From Octopus sinensis (lineage: Eukaryota): a stretch of 64,000 nucleotides of DNA. The number at the start of each line of letters is the position of its first letter. Position 1 is the stretch's first letter. Location of the stretch: contig NW_021832837.1 in the NCBI RefSeq assembly GCF_006345805.1, forward strand, positions 34,299 to 98,298. Direction: 5' to 3'. The notes beneath the pieces were generated by a model, which was not told the origin of the DNA, did no database searches, and saw only the letters and a list, made by a program, of their open reading frames with translations. Positions 48,420 to 61,512 of this stretch are shown piece by piece. Made by a program: the position numbers and the translations under genes.

Positions 48420-49918
48420 CCACTTTGGCCATATTTTGCTTAATCATACTTTTAGTAAAAAATAAAAGCAAGCTAAATTAAATGGCAGAGCATTTTCAAA
48501 TTCACGGATTAAAGAATATGGATTTCCTGAACAGAGGTTAATATTAATATTTTATTTTTAGGAGACAAAGTGCGTTATGCTCCGGCCAGATTGCTTTCCG
48601 AACATCTTCTATGAAACGCCATTTTCAAACTCTTCACAAATCATTATCTGAGAAAAAAGAGAAACAATTGCATCTCAGTTAAAAAAGAACTCTAAACAAT
48701 CAGAATTACTCAGAACACTCGTTAACACTCAATCTGATTCAATCAGTGCTAGTTACGTTATTTCTCATGTTATTGCGAAGCACTGGAAGACTTTTTCTGA
48801 TGGTGAATATATAAAAGAAGCGTGGATAAAATGTGCACCATTCTTATTCAAAGAAAATCCAAAAATTATAGAAAAAATAAAAAATATTCCCTATCACGAA
48901 ACACGGTAAAGGAAAGAATTTTGGTGATGAGTGAAAATATCTCTCTTCAACAAAGTAAAGATATTAAGTCTTGTGATTTTATTTGCATTATTCATCAACA
49001 GGTTGTCGTTTTTCTTACAACCTTCAGGTTTTGTGTGCAAAATCTGGATTCGAGCCATTCGAGTACATTAATTAACTTAATATCTGGTCGGTCCTTAAAT
49101 AAAAGAAAATTTCAGACATTATTAAATGAAGTAAATTGAGTACATATGGATTTTTTATAAATATTTATATTCTGCTAAAAGAATTACTTAAGTATAACAA
49201 CGTAAGATGGTTGAGCCGTTGAAAAGTTCTTGAAAGATTTGTCCAGTGTTTGGATTAAGTGCAAATATTTTTTACCTTGAACATCCAAATTTATAATATA
49301 TCCAGATTTAATGACATTCGCTAAACTTAATTTGAAGATTCTAGAATAGATAAATTTTGAAGATCTGAAATGCAGCTAATAGATCTACATTACAGTTCTA
49401 TTTGGAAACAAAAATTTGTTGATTTGAGAAGTACTTTGCAAATAATTAATAATGATCAATTATCAGTTTCACATGATAAGACCTCACAAGACGAAATACT
49501 GACAGTATGGAATTCCATTCCTGATAAATTTTGCTGCTTAAAAATAATAACAAATTTTTCATCGACGTATGCCGGTGAATCTCTATTTTCAAAAATGAAT
49601 TTTGTCAAAGGAAGCTTGAGAAATCGATTAAATAAAGAATCTACTTCGGGATGTTTAATAGTCAAAACATCAAGTTACGAACCTATCTTAAATAATATCT
49701 AATTTTAATTAATGGTTACACTTTTTATTTAAATAAATGCTTTTTTGAAGAAAATAAATAATTAAAATTATTTTAGTAAATGATTCTTTAAATGCAATCC
49801 GTTTTAGTCGCCTTTGTAAATTTTTAATCTGCTTTTTAAGTTAATAATTTTGCTGGGCACACCTAAAATTTAAAATTTTTATTTTTGGCACATTGGCTAA
49901 AAATCTTTGCCATCCCTG
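48420..49918 (+). mobile_element. hAT SPIN/GTF2IRD2-like transposase remnant with right TIR
   Basis: IAKH.KTFSDGEYIKE, LSRNTVKERI, VRWLSR, FSSTYAGESLFSKM. TIR TTTGCCATCCCTG at 49918; left end not found. Confidence 0.8.
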
Positions 49919-50307
49919 ATATAGTATAATTCGTCATATACTTTAGACAGCCTAAATGTCTGTTAGTTGATTGTTTAGCTGTCTGTTGTTGACTAAATAA
50001 TTTATAATCTACAAAATACTTTCGAATTCTATTTGGTGTAATGGAATTTGAATTTCTTTGATTTTTGTTATCCTAAATTTGTTTGAAATTTATTTCTACA
50101 AACATTTCTATAATTGCTTTGGTTTACTTCATTTTAGTCTTAATGTTTGAACTGGTGCACCATATAAAAATAAATAAAAATTTTGTAAAAACGTAATAAA
50201 ATGAACATATGAATACTAAAAATAAAAATTAATTAATGCAAAAGACTTTATAATTCTTTTGTTAAATGTAACTTAAAATTAAGCATTTTTATCAGTAATT
50301 TATTTAT

Positions 50308-50420
50308 CGGGAAGCTCGTTGGAAAGAAGACCAATGACCACCGGGAAACCGGCTGTACCGGGTAACTCGTTTGCAATCCGCGGTGCGGCCACTGGCGAAT
50401 CCTGATTCCCATTATTTTTT
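50308..50420 (+). mobile_element. Very short CRE-like 3' remnant
   Basis: SSLERRPMTTG..AVPGNSFAIRGAA aligns with the C-terminus of the other CRE-like copies. Confidence 0.45.
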
Positions 50421-52504
50421 ATCAGCTAACTCGTTTCTCTTTTTGAAATAAAGAATTTTTTTGCATTAACTAAATTAGATGAGTTAACTTAATTAGATGT
50501 TAACTAAATTAGATGAGTCGAATAAAGAAATTAAGCATTTAATTTTGAATTTTACTGCATTACACAAGAGCAAATTTACAGCTTAGATTTTATTGAGATA
50601 AATAAGCATCATTAGAATTCTTAAATTGATCGTATATTTTTAAAAATGTGTACTTTGATATTAACTACAATTTTAGCAAAGTAAGTAAAAAGTAGCTTAT
50701 TTACATTTCAAAGATGCAAAACGCAAAATATATTAACCACACTATTTTAGACTAATGTTATCTTTATAAATTAAATTGGATTTTAATAGTATTTCACAAT
50801 TTATGATTTCATTTTCTAGTCTAATTAAATTTGTATGCTATATAGCTATGCAAAACAAATAGTATCATACTAGAGTAGCTCCAAAAAAGTTGACCTTGTT
50901 GCAAGCTCTTAATCAAAATCAGGACAAAACTAAATAATCTAAATTAATTTTTAGATAAGAGAATATGCAATTTCTAATTGTAATATGTGACATGGTTTGC
51001 GTTACACCTATGGGCCGCGTGATACCTGACGTGACCTTGAAGCTTAACTTAATGTCAATATTGTAATTAATATTAAACTTCAAAGAATAATAACTTGTTA
51101 ATTATTTTTTAAGTCTGGACATTGGCACAATCGAAATTTCGCTCATCGAATTTTTTATCTATTAAATTTAAATGTTTAAACTACCTCAACGCGATTGTTT
51201 GATAAAATACTGATAATTTCTGCAGATGGAAAATATGGAGATTCAAACTTATCCAGTCGCAACGAAGGATTTGTTCCAAAGTTTTTTTTAACTCGAACCT
51301 AAACATTAATTTTTATGCATACTTATCACCAACACTAAATTCATACTTACTATTGTAAACATTCATTTTTCTGTTCATCGCTTTGTAATAATTAGAATTA
51401 GGATCAATGAGGTTGATTTCGAACTGAAATCTTTTCGGACTTGTAAACGAATAATTACAATCATCTACATATAGAAATTCAAATTACATGAATTTTCAAT
51501 TGGACTCGGACAATTGTTTGCATCATCGACTTGATCAGGACTCAACAAATCATTACTTCAATTATCTAAGAAATAATTTTATAATTACAACCATAAAATA
51601 TTGTATTTATTCCACTTATTCCCCGGTATCTTTCAAAAGAGCTCTCATTAGAAGATGAGTGGACAGAAATGTTATAACTGTACACTGCATTTTCTAATTT
51701 TTTCAGGCACTTTTTATTATCATTGTCGATCATTTTTGCCATTTTTCTTGTAAGTGACTGGTTGAAGCGTTCGACAATCCCTTGTGAGCGGGGATTGTTT
51801 GGCCTTCCGTGAATTCGTTTGATATTGAATTCCTCACATAGATTGGTCATTTCACGATTCTTGAATTCAGTCCCATTATCGGACTGAAGAAATTGACACG
51901 GACCATTTAAGAAAAATAATGATCTGAGGTTTTCACAAACTTCATTTGAGGACTTAGTGTAGAGCGGCCTCGCAAATTCAAATCTATAAAAATTGTTGAA
52001 AAAACTAACCTGCTATATACGTCAATGACCGTTAAAATCCATTTAAAATTTTTATTTATAGTAGAAAAACTTTTCAGATCTATAGATCTATCTGAAATCT
52101 TTCATTTGGGCAAGTGCAAAGACATGGCTATTTATATCTCCAATCTAGGATTTAAAAAAGTTAAAACTTTTAAGGTTCGCGCAAATTTACAAATTTCACA
52201 GTTTCGAATGACTTTTCGAATAATCTCATTTTTAACTGTGAAATATCGTTGTCGACATTCATATTCAATTTTGTTAACTCCTCCATGCGAGAAGTAATGC
52301 AAACTTTTAGCAACGATCTCCATTTCGGGTTCATTGTCTAGACAAATCACTAGCTTGTGATCTGAATTCTCACATTTAAGATACAATCTATACATTTACA
52401 ATTTGTATGATACCTTTCATTAATTACAGTAAAATTTTCAATTTTCTTAACTAGTCTATATTTTTTTTGCTTTGTAAGATGTTCATGAAATTTATCCTGT
52501 AAAG

Positions 52505-53404
52505 CAGGCCTGGCCAACCCAAATCGCATCGCGGGCCACTTTGTCCAAATGAATCCTTTCCGCGGGCCGCATATACATGTACATACTAAGGATAGATATC
52601 AAAACAACACAGATAAGATTTTATTTAGTAAAATAGCATTCAGTCCAATTATACGTATCAATGAGAAATCTGTTTTTCTTTATCTTCACTTAATTTTTTC
52701 AAATCAACTTCACAATTACTAGTTGCACATCTTAATTGGTTTTCTAAGTTTTTATCTGTTAAGAAGATCTATATCTACTTTTACTAAACTTTAATTTCGA
52801 AAAGAATGATTCACATACGTAAGTAGATCCAAAGGAGCTTACAACTCTTTGTGCAAAAATTCTTAAGTTGGAATATTTTTCTGCAGTCACATATTTGTTA
52901 TAAAAGTCAATTTTGGATATAGTAGGATAAACAAGTCTTAGTTCACTGTTGCACTGTAGGTCAATTATTTCCGTCTGCAAAGTATTTGAAACAATAGAAA
53001 CGTCAACATGAAATGGAGAAGAAAATGTTTCAAACATTTTCTCATATTTTTTTAGTTCCGAGAATCGACTGTCAAATGCTGCAGCAAGATTTTTTATTTC
53101 ATCAGCGTACTTGAAGAAATTTTTACAATGGCTGATTTTAAATTGATTTAGCGTTGGAAAATGATTGCTGAATTGCCTGTTTTCTTCAAAAATTTTCCTT
53201 TTCTTCATATTGATAACAGCTACAAAAATAGATAAACTTTAAAATTTATTAAACTTATAAAATTTATCTTTATTTATTAAACTTAAGAAAAATTTATCTT
53301 GAATGTATTTATAGGTTAACTACATACAAAATTTCTCTCGCGGGCCGCACCAAACTCCATCGCGGGCCGCATGCGGCCCGCGGGCCTTGGGTTGGCCAGC
53401 CCTG
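52505..53404 (-). mobile_element. hAT (SPIN-like) non-autonomous element nested in Ginger copy 2
   Basis: TIRs CAGGCCTGGCCAACCC / GGGTTGGCCAGCCCTG, TSD CTGTAAAG (52497-52504 / 53405-53412), ORF 52759-53208 with FGSTYVCESFFSKL. Confidence 0.92.
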
Positions 53405-53627
53405 CTGTAAAGCATCTTTTAAAATTTGATATTCCAAACTATTCTTTACATAACCTTTGTACGAGGACATTGCTGCAAAATATACTTGCACGCTAGAAAT
53501 AACTCAAGAAATTTAGGTTTTCCACCAAAAAATCAATTTCTGATAATTAAATTCCTACAAATATAATTTTTTGTCAAAATGAGAGAGTCTTTAGCTAATT
53601 TAGTAAATTATTAAATGATAAGAATGA

Positions 53628-53712
53628 ATGAATGAATGAATGAATTTTTATTAACGGAAAAGCCGAAAAAAGAGGGAGAAAGTTAATGAGACAACGTATG
53701 CCTCTTCTTCGT
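53628..53712 (-). mobile_element. ~85-bp retroposed 3' end with AATAAA and (TTCA)n tail
   Basis: Flanked by 12-bp direct repeat TGATAAGAATGA (53616-53627 / 53713-53724). Confidence 0.6.
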
Positions 53713-54399
53713 TGATAAGAATGAGTCGCGGTCTAATTAAAAGATTTATAATTTAATCCCATCAATGTCATAATTGCACATTTCAAGGTCACGTCAGGTA
53801 TCACGCGGCCCATAGGTATCGCGCAGCCCATGTCACATAATATTATATAAGTCTTTGGTTGGTTGTTTTAGGTTCATAACAGGTTATTACTTTTAGCTGT
53901 TTTTTTAATTATTTTAAAACTAAAATAAAAAATAATTTATTGACGTTCGATAATTTCTCGAAAAATAGTAACGAAATTGAATTTTATGAAGCCGAAATAA
54001 TAAAATAGAAATTAATACTGAAAGTACCCATATTTCAGTTTGAGAACGCTTCAGTATAATTTGCAAGCTTATTAATTGTCAATTGCGTTGTCGGATATAG
54101 ACTAAACAATAATAGTATATAATACCTGATCTGGCATTACTCCGACTTTGCTATAAAAAATAATTTATAAAAATTAATTAAAATTTATATCGTTGATCGT
54201 ATTCAGTTCTTTATTGTCTAAATATTTCAACTGTTGCATTATATCCATAAAATAATAAATACGATAAGCGTATTTTAAAATACTGTTCACCAAATAAAAA
54301 GTAAAGCAATTCACTAAAATTAAAAATAAATTTACAATAAAAATCAACCAAAAAATTCAATAATATATAATTTTTTAATAATGTTTAAATTTAATTATT

Positions 54400-56291
54400 C
54401 ATTCTTAAGGTTAAACATATCCATAATTGGTGATTTCATTAATCAATTTGAAGCACGTTTTGGGGTACATTTACACCCCTCGACAAAAAATTTGGTTATT
54501 TAATCTTTCCTGCTTTTTTTCATTTAAAAACGAATAAATTCATACTTTAAGATCCTTTAGATCTTCTAAAATAATATTTATTTTGTATTTATAATTAAAA
54601 TAGATTTAAATTTTAATATTGCAAGAAATTTAAAGCATGTCGGCAATTAGGTTAGTGACATAAAAATTGGTTATAAAATTTTAACCGTCAAATTATGCTA
54701 GTATTTAGAGATTGATCTTAATAAAAAATATTTTTAGATATAATACTCTCGATTCGTTTATGAAAGGGAAAATAATTGCGCTATACGACTTAAATATGTC
54801 ATATATTAAAATTTCTAAAGAAACCGGTGTTCCATATTCAACAGTCGTAAATTTTATCAAGAAATACAATAAAACTGGATCATATGACCGCCAACATGGT
54901 TCTGGAAGACTATCAATTTTGAATAATGTGCAAATTAATCATTTGGTACGCACATCAGAGGAAAATTCATCTTTAACTGCTTCTGAACTCTCTAATGAAA
55001 TATAAAAGTTTTCTGGAACACGTGTCTCGTCTCGAACCATAATACGAAATTTAAATAAAAATGGAATTTTCGGAAGAATTGCAAAGAAAAAACCACTTCT
55101 AACAAAAAAACACATGGTTTCCAGATTCAAAAAATTTCTTTAAATTTCAGACCATTATTTTGGATCAATAATCTTTCCTGATGAATGTATTTTTTAATTA
55201 TTAACGACCCAAAAAAGAAAAATTGTGTATAGAAAAAATTTTAAATAAATAAATCCTAAAATATTACTCCAACTGTCAAATTTGAAAAAGGTAAATTGTG
55301 ATGTAATAAAAAATTAGGGAAAATCATGGTGTGGGGTTGTTTTTCCTATCATGGGGTAGGCGATTTGGTATTTATAGACAAGACGCTTAATGCTGCAAAA
55401 TATCAATCTATTTTGACAATAATTTGCCATATTCTGCACAAAAAATGAGGATTGTTGACTATATTTTTCACCCCAGCCATCCCATCAAAATGATTATTCA
55501 ATATTTTTGCGAAAAACATATTAAAAAATTAGAATGGCCTTCGCAATCTCCGGATTTAAATCCGATAAAGCATTTGTGGGCTTATATGAAGGTTCAAATT
55601 AGGCAAAGAAAAAATGAGAACATTCAGGCACTGAAGGAAAATCTATTAGATATTTGGAATTCTATTCCATCAAAAACACTTGAAAAATTAGTTGAGTCAA
55701 TGAAAAAAAGGTGTTGGGAGATCTATTCGGCAAAAGGAGGTTATTCTACATATTAATCTCACAATAACCAAATTTTATGCCAATGAAAGTCGTTGTTTTT
55801 TCCAAATTTCTTAGACAAAATTTCAAAATTTAAATAATTAAATTAATTTTTATCAATTTTATCAGATTTTAAAATATATCTGAAGAAAAAATTAAATCAT
55901 TCTTTGTATGAATGAAGTAAGTTGAAGATTCACCAATATTTATGTCGAGGGGTGTATATAAATTTAATTTTTAGAATTTTAAAGAATTCCTTCCTTTAAT
56001 GAAAATATTCGCAACTCCATTCAGCGTGGAAATTAAGGATGCGCCTACAAAGTTTCAGCTAGAACTCATTAATTTACAACATGATATAGAACTGGCGGCA
56101 TTGTTCAAAAATGCGTCCATTATTAATTTTTTAGAATTAATTCCTCAAGACAAATTCAAAAATATAACACACAATGCATATATGAATCTACATATTTATG
56201 CGAATCAATATTTAGTAAAATGGAAAGCGGCCCGCGAAGCTAATCTTAATTATCGATTTTGCCCTTGAGCTAAAAAGGTTGAGAACCCCTG
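54400..56291 (+). mobile_element. hAT (SPIN-like) 3' remnant split by a Tc1
   Basis: FINQFEARF before the Tc1, FATPFSVE..FQLELINLQ after it, right TIR GGTTGAGAACCCCTG. Confidence 0.6.
54474..55954 (+). mobile_element. Tc1 transposon, decayed
   Basis: TA|CACCCCTCGACA ... TGTCGAGGGGTG|TA. HTH N-terminus, MVWGCF, WPSQSPDLNPIKHLW. Confidence 0.9.
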
Positions 56292-56379
56292 ATTTAAAAA
56301 AACTAAAAAATTTTTCTTTTCTTTCGAAACTTATTGATTTAAGTTGTCAAAATAAATTTTATAATATAATATGCAGATA

Positions 56380-56721
56380 CAGTAAAGTCTCTCATATCCA
56401 TCAAAAATGAGACCTCTAAATATGTCGTGGTTATTAGAAAAGGGCGGATAACAGAATCCATTAAAAAATTTAAAGCAAAAATAATTTTTTTAATCATAGT
56501 TTTTTGTCTTTCTTGACGAACTTCTTTATTTTACTTAAACCAATAACCCAATTGACGTCAAAATTTTTAGATTGATTAAAAAAATCTTTGATCATTTTTA
56601 AAACTTGATAACATTCTTTCTTAGTAACAATTTCTAGCCTATCAACATGTTCATATTCTTGTGAATATCGGAATTTTTCCATTTAAAATATATTTTTTAT
56701 GGTGGTACTCAGACTTTACTG
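56380..56721. mobile_element. pogo/Tigger-like MITE
   Basis: TA|CAGTAAAGTCT ... AGACTTTACTG|TA. Confidence 0.7.
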
Positions 56722-56780
56722 TACATCGTTTTGAAAATACTCAAATAAGACAAACTAATATTGAAAGAAAGGCACTAGAC

Positions 56781-57150
56781 CAGTGATGGCAAACTCATTT
56801 TGTCTTGAAAGTCGCATTTATAATAATTTTACATCAAGGAAAAAATATTAGCGATATTACACAGATAGCCAAACAACTCTCTCACCTGTGTGCGTTTCGA
56901 AATCATTATACTGATCTCCTTGAATAGTGCCTTTGCCATATATAATGTAATTCGATTTCTTTCAATCTTGGGTAGAGAACAGGCATGTTCGGCGAAGGCA
57001 AGAGAAATTTAGAAAACATGTCGGAACAAATCATAGACGAAAAACCTGCCTACGCAGAAAGGGAATGTAGTCATCCTATCTAAGCATTCCTCCTGACCCC
57101 AACGGCAAAGACAGCAGAGAACCCTCTGGACAATATTGTTCAGGGAATTA
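56781..57150. mobile_element. hAT MITE left arm (related to 46810) followed by a possible non-LTR C-terminal fragment
   Basis: CAGTGATGGCAAACTCATTTT..CATCAAGGAAAAA matches 46810-46875. Minus-strand CCLC..EE segment is only weakly diagnostic. Confidence 0.4.
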
Positions 57151-57288
57151 AAGTTTTGTTTATTATTTTATAAAATTAATAATTTAATGATCAAGTTTTT
57201 TTATTGTTTATTTAATATTTTAATTATAAATTAATAATAGTACCTATAATTTAATAAATATTTAAATTAAATCACCACAAAGTTAGTC

Positions 57289-59918
57289 ATGATGGTAAAT
57301 ATTAACTGTTTAATTCAAATTAGAAGAAAATTGGCCATCATTCACTTAAAAACTGTATTTCCTTCACAAGATACCTCTCTTCACCTTCCACCAACTTGTA
57401 TTGGAACGACAGAAAAATACCAAATGAGCCGGTTTTTCTCTACTTTAATAACTAATTAAAGAAATTCGAAAAAGTACTCATCGCCAACAGAGGGGAAATT
57501 GCCTGCCGAGTCATTGAAACACTTAGAAGACAAGGAATAAAGAGCGTGGCTGTCTACAGTGCAGCAGACTCAGCAGCAGTAAACAATAAAAAAATAAAAA
57601 TGTCAGAAACACGTTCAAATGGCGGACGAAGCTATTTTTATAGGCCCATCTCCGGTCAATGAAAGTTACCTTGTATTTGATAAGATTATATCTGCCTGTA
57701 AAACCACAGGGGCGGATGGAGTTTGTTATTATTTTGAATTAAATTAGGTCCATCCTGGTTATGGACTATTATCAGAAAATATGGAATTTTGTAAGGCACT
57801 AGTGGAGGCAGGGATAACTTTTATTGGCCCCAACACAAATGCGATTAAAGCAATGGGGGATAAGATTGAGAGCAAGCGGGTGGCTGCAGAAGCTAAAGTC
57901 AATTGTATTCCTGGATATATGGGACCAGTTTCAAGTGAAGAACACGCAGTTGAGATTTCACGTCAAATCGGTTAGTCACGCCACCTCGCCTCACATCATG
58001 CCACTTGATTTAAATTATTTAATCTCCTCTTAATTATATTTTATTATTTATAAATAAATAAACATATATATATTTCAGGCTACCCCGTAATGATAAAGGC
58101 GTCAGCAGGAGGAGGTGGGAAAGGAATGAGGGTGGCCTGGAATGATGAGGAGGCTCGGTATAAGCACTCCTAGTCATATTTTTAGGGAGAATTATAAACT
58201 ATGCAAGCAAGAGGCAGGCTCAATTTTTCTGGATGACAGACTGCTTATTGAGAAGTATATTACTTCCCAACGACACATTGAAGTTCAAGTCTGTCAAAGC
58301 CATAAATATCTCAGATTATAGGGGACAATTACGGAAATATAGTCCACCTTAATGAAAGGGAATGTTCAATTCAAAGAAGAAACCAAAAAGTGATAGAAGA
58401 AGCTCCCAGTCCATTTTTAGACCCCAAAACTAGACAACAAATGGGAGAACAGGCAATTGCCTTAGCAAAGGCAGTTGGTTATACCAATGCAGGTAATTTG
58501 AAATAAAACATTTTAGGAACATGCGAATTCCTTGTGGACAAAGATCGAAACTTTTACTTTTTGGAGATGAATACTCGTCTTCAAGTAGAACATCCGATAA
58601 CTGAGTGTATAACAGGAATTGACATTGTCCATCAAATGCTTAGAGTAGCTAAAGGTATGACATACTCTTCAACCTAGGGAATAAATTACTCCATAAACAA
58701 CAAGATATTCCTATCAAAGGCTGGGCTATTGAATCGAGGGTTTACGCAGAGGATCCCTACAAGTCTTTTGGTACTCCCTCAGTTGGTCGCCTGCATAAAT
58801 ATAGAGAGCCTGATATTCAAAATGTCCGCTTGTTATAATCAGTTTTAGATCCGTTGTGACAGTGGCATTAGAGAAGGGTCGGAAATATCCGTATTTTATG
58901 ACGCAATGATATCCAAGGTGAGTTTTTTAGTAATTTCTAGTTAATATCGTATGGTGATACAAGAGACGAGGCAATAGAGACCATGACCAAGGCACTCGAT
59001 CGTTATGTAATATGTGGTTACATTAAATATGGAAATTGTTTAGGAGTTACTCATAATTTGTCACTTTTGAGTGATATTATGGGAGAGCGTAGGTTTATTG
59101 AGAGGGATATTAGTACGGCTTATTTAGACGAAGTATATCCTGAGGGATTCAAAGGTGGTCGGAGTTTTGATGACTGTGGTAGGGAGGGATATTACTGAGA
59201 ATGAGTTCCTGTCTATTATGGCTGTAGCATCCACTTTGAAATTCCAGTCCTTGTTTGAACTTTATACCGGTCCTGATAGACCTGCCTGTTTAAGATTTTC
59301 TCTGAATACAAATGGGAGCATTAGCCACGAGATATCGGTAAATATGAATGAAGGATCCTATCTGGTTATTGTCACCGTGGAGATATAGTTTAAGGTTACT
59401 ATTGATGGAAGAACTTTTACGGTTGATTGTAAAATGAGTCGTGCAGACGTATTGATGGAGGCAGTTGTTGATGGGAAAAGCGAGTTCTATCAACTACTGG
59501 CATTGGAGGCTGGAGGAGATATAGAATTACAATATAAGGGAACAAAGGTGAAATCCACAATTCATAAGAACAGATTAAAATGGAAATAGTTGAGGATCGA
59601 TTTAAAGAGTATTCTAAATATATGAAGGAGCGGCCAATGGAAGCAGTAAGTAAATCAGTTGCTTGTCCTATGCCTGGTTTATTAAAAAGTGTGTCGGTGA
59701 ATATTGGCCAACTGGTAAGGAGGGTGATAGTTATGGTTATTAGGTCAACCAAGGAATGGAAGTTTGTGTTGTTGAATCAATGAAAATGCAGAATAGTTTG
59801 AAGGCTTCTTGTGAAGGGAAGGTTGTTAAAGATTAATTAATCTGAATAGGTTAAGAAAATATTCTTTAAATCTGGGGATACACTTAGTGAAGATGATGTT
59901 ATTGTCGAGATTGAGTAG
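57289..59918 (+). CDS. PCCA: Propionyl-CoA carboxylase alpha chain (mitochondrial)
   Basis: [81 protein letters not shown], biotin site ESMKMQN. Many micro-introns. Confidence 0.93.
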
Positions 59919-60849
59919 TCATTATTTATTTAGGCCTTTTCTTAATTTTTTTGTCTAATAAGTTTTCAAATTGTGTCGTGAATAAAAAAGGAGAGATTTA
60001 GAACAGCAAATTGGTTTTTAGAGTTAAATAGAAGAAGGCTATATGAATTTAAAAGAAAACAAACAATCGTTGACTATATAAAAGTAATGAGCTTGATTAT
60101 AGAAAAAATAACTGATTTGCAATTTGGAATCTAGAAAAAGCAAGCTATACAAATATTCAGGTCCAAACTTAAATATCATTAGTCGGAATTTAAAAGAATA
60201 TATTCGAATTATATTTCCTAAAAACTAGATATCCAGTGTGACAGGACATGACTTTAAAATTTTCTCTGCATAAAAAACGAGAAAATAGATTAGAGTATAT
60301 ACGCTAGACTTTTTATGGGCGTGACTCAGCTCATAAAAAACAATTCGTGAATCCTCGTAAAATTTCAGGTCTGCAATACTACAAGCTACCAACAAAATAT
60401 ATGAACAGGAAACTATCCACTATATTGACGCATCAGTCATAGAAAATCAATGGTATTTAGAAAATTTTGAATAAAGGGAATCGGGTAAAGGAAAAGAAGA
60501 AAAATGACAAATAAGTAGTCCTCGACTTTTAGAATAATCAAGTGGGATTAAATTTTTATTTTTTATCAACTAATAATTAGGATTTATAAATTTCTCAAAT
60601 TTTTTGTATGCTAGCTTTTGCAATTTTCGAACCTGAATATTGAATAAGGAAAAAACAGCCAGGATCGAAGAGAATCCAGCGGCCTTGACAGCGAAAAACA
60701 CAACATTATTCAGTAAAGACGTTGACGGCTGTTCGGTGAAGAATAAATTGGGATCATTAATAGGCAGGGTAAAATTAATGGTGACATTACATAAAAATTT
60801 CTTTGATTTATTTAAAAATAATGATTAAAACGAATTTCAACGTCCGTTA

Positions 60850-61200
60850 GAGATATTCTGAGCACAGATTACGCTTGTATCTGAAGCAAAAATAATCCCT
60901 CCAAGATAAGGTTGTCGAACTTTTAGGATTCCAAGACAAACTTATAAAATGCAACTTAACACGGTGAAATATTCATAAATATCACTTTAATCACGGCACA
61001 AGGTTATGACAACATCCAAAAAGGAAGAATATAAAATTTCAGGATGGTTTAACGAAACAAGATCAAAAAATTTATTTGTGCAAAAAGTATTGAAGTTACT
61101 TTCTTAATTTAATGTCTCAGGACACGAAGCGAACAATGTAAATCATGTGAAAACAAAGAAATACCAAACTCTCTTGGTCCACCATCTTTTTCCCTTTGAC
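60850..61200 (+). mobile_element. Possible pogo/Tigger transposase remnant
   Basis: WFNETRSKNL CENP-B-HTH-like peptide, heavily decayed. Confidence 0.3.
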
Positions 61201-61391
61201 GCATTAGTTATATCCTCTGAGATAAAAAAAACTATTAAGAATTCTTACATTTCAGTAGTCTTAATTATCAACTGAGTGGGTTTTGAGCTTCTCGGCTGTT
61301 CTAATTCTAAATTTCCTGCGCAATTTGAAGTGCAAGAATTTAACAATTTTTTTGTTTTTTCTGCGATAAAAATTATTGAGAATTTCCCGAC

Positions 61392-61512
61392 ATTAGTTCA
61401 GAAGAACTGAGGAACTTTCTTATAATTGTCAAACACAATTTAAAAAACGAAGACGTCAAGTATCTAATGAAGAAAGTTGATATTGACGGAAATGGCTACG
61501 TTGACTATGAGG
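61392..61512 (+). pseudogene. Calmodulin-like EF-hand pair fragment
   Basis: ISSEELRNFL..LKNEDVKYLMKKVDIDGNGYVDYE. No complete gene could be assembled. Confidence 0.5.

Larger units (their letters stand above)
50986..53837 (-). mobile_element. Ginger-like transposon copy 2 (inverted), with nested hAT
   Basis: Same TIRs as copy 1, TSD TAATA (50981-50985 / 53838-53842), highly similar internal sequence. Retains the C-terminal SVGDKVRV..SPY..RLKK segment. Confidence 0.92.

Noticed and set aside
50308-50420. GC-rich island with GGCGAAT and a terminal stem, suggesting an HDV-like ribozyme
   Set aside because: P3/L3/P1.1 could not be fitted, and the sequence translates as a CRE-like C-terminal remnant.
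50466-50518. Three copies of a ~17-bp unit TTAACTAAATTAGATG(AG)
   Set aside because: A short local slippage duplication with no further structure.
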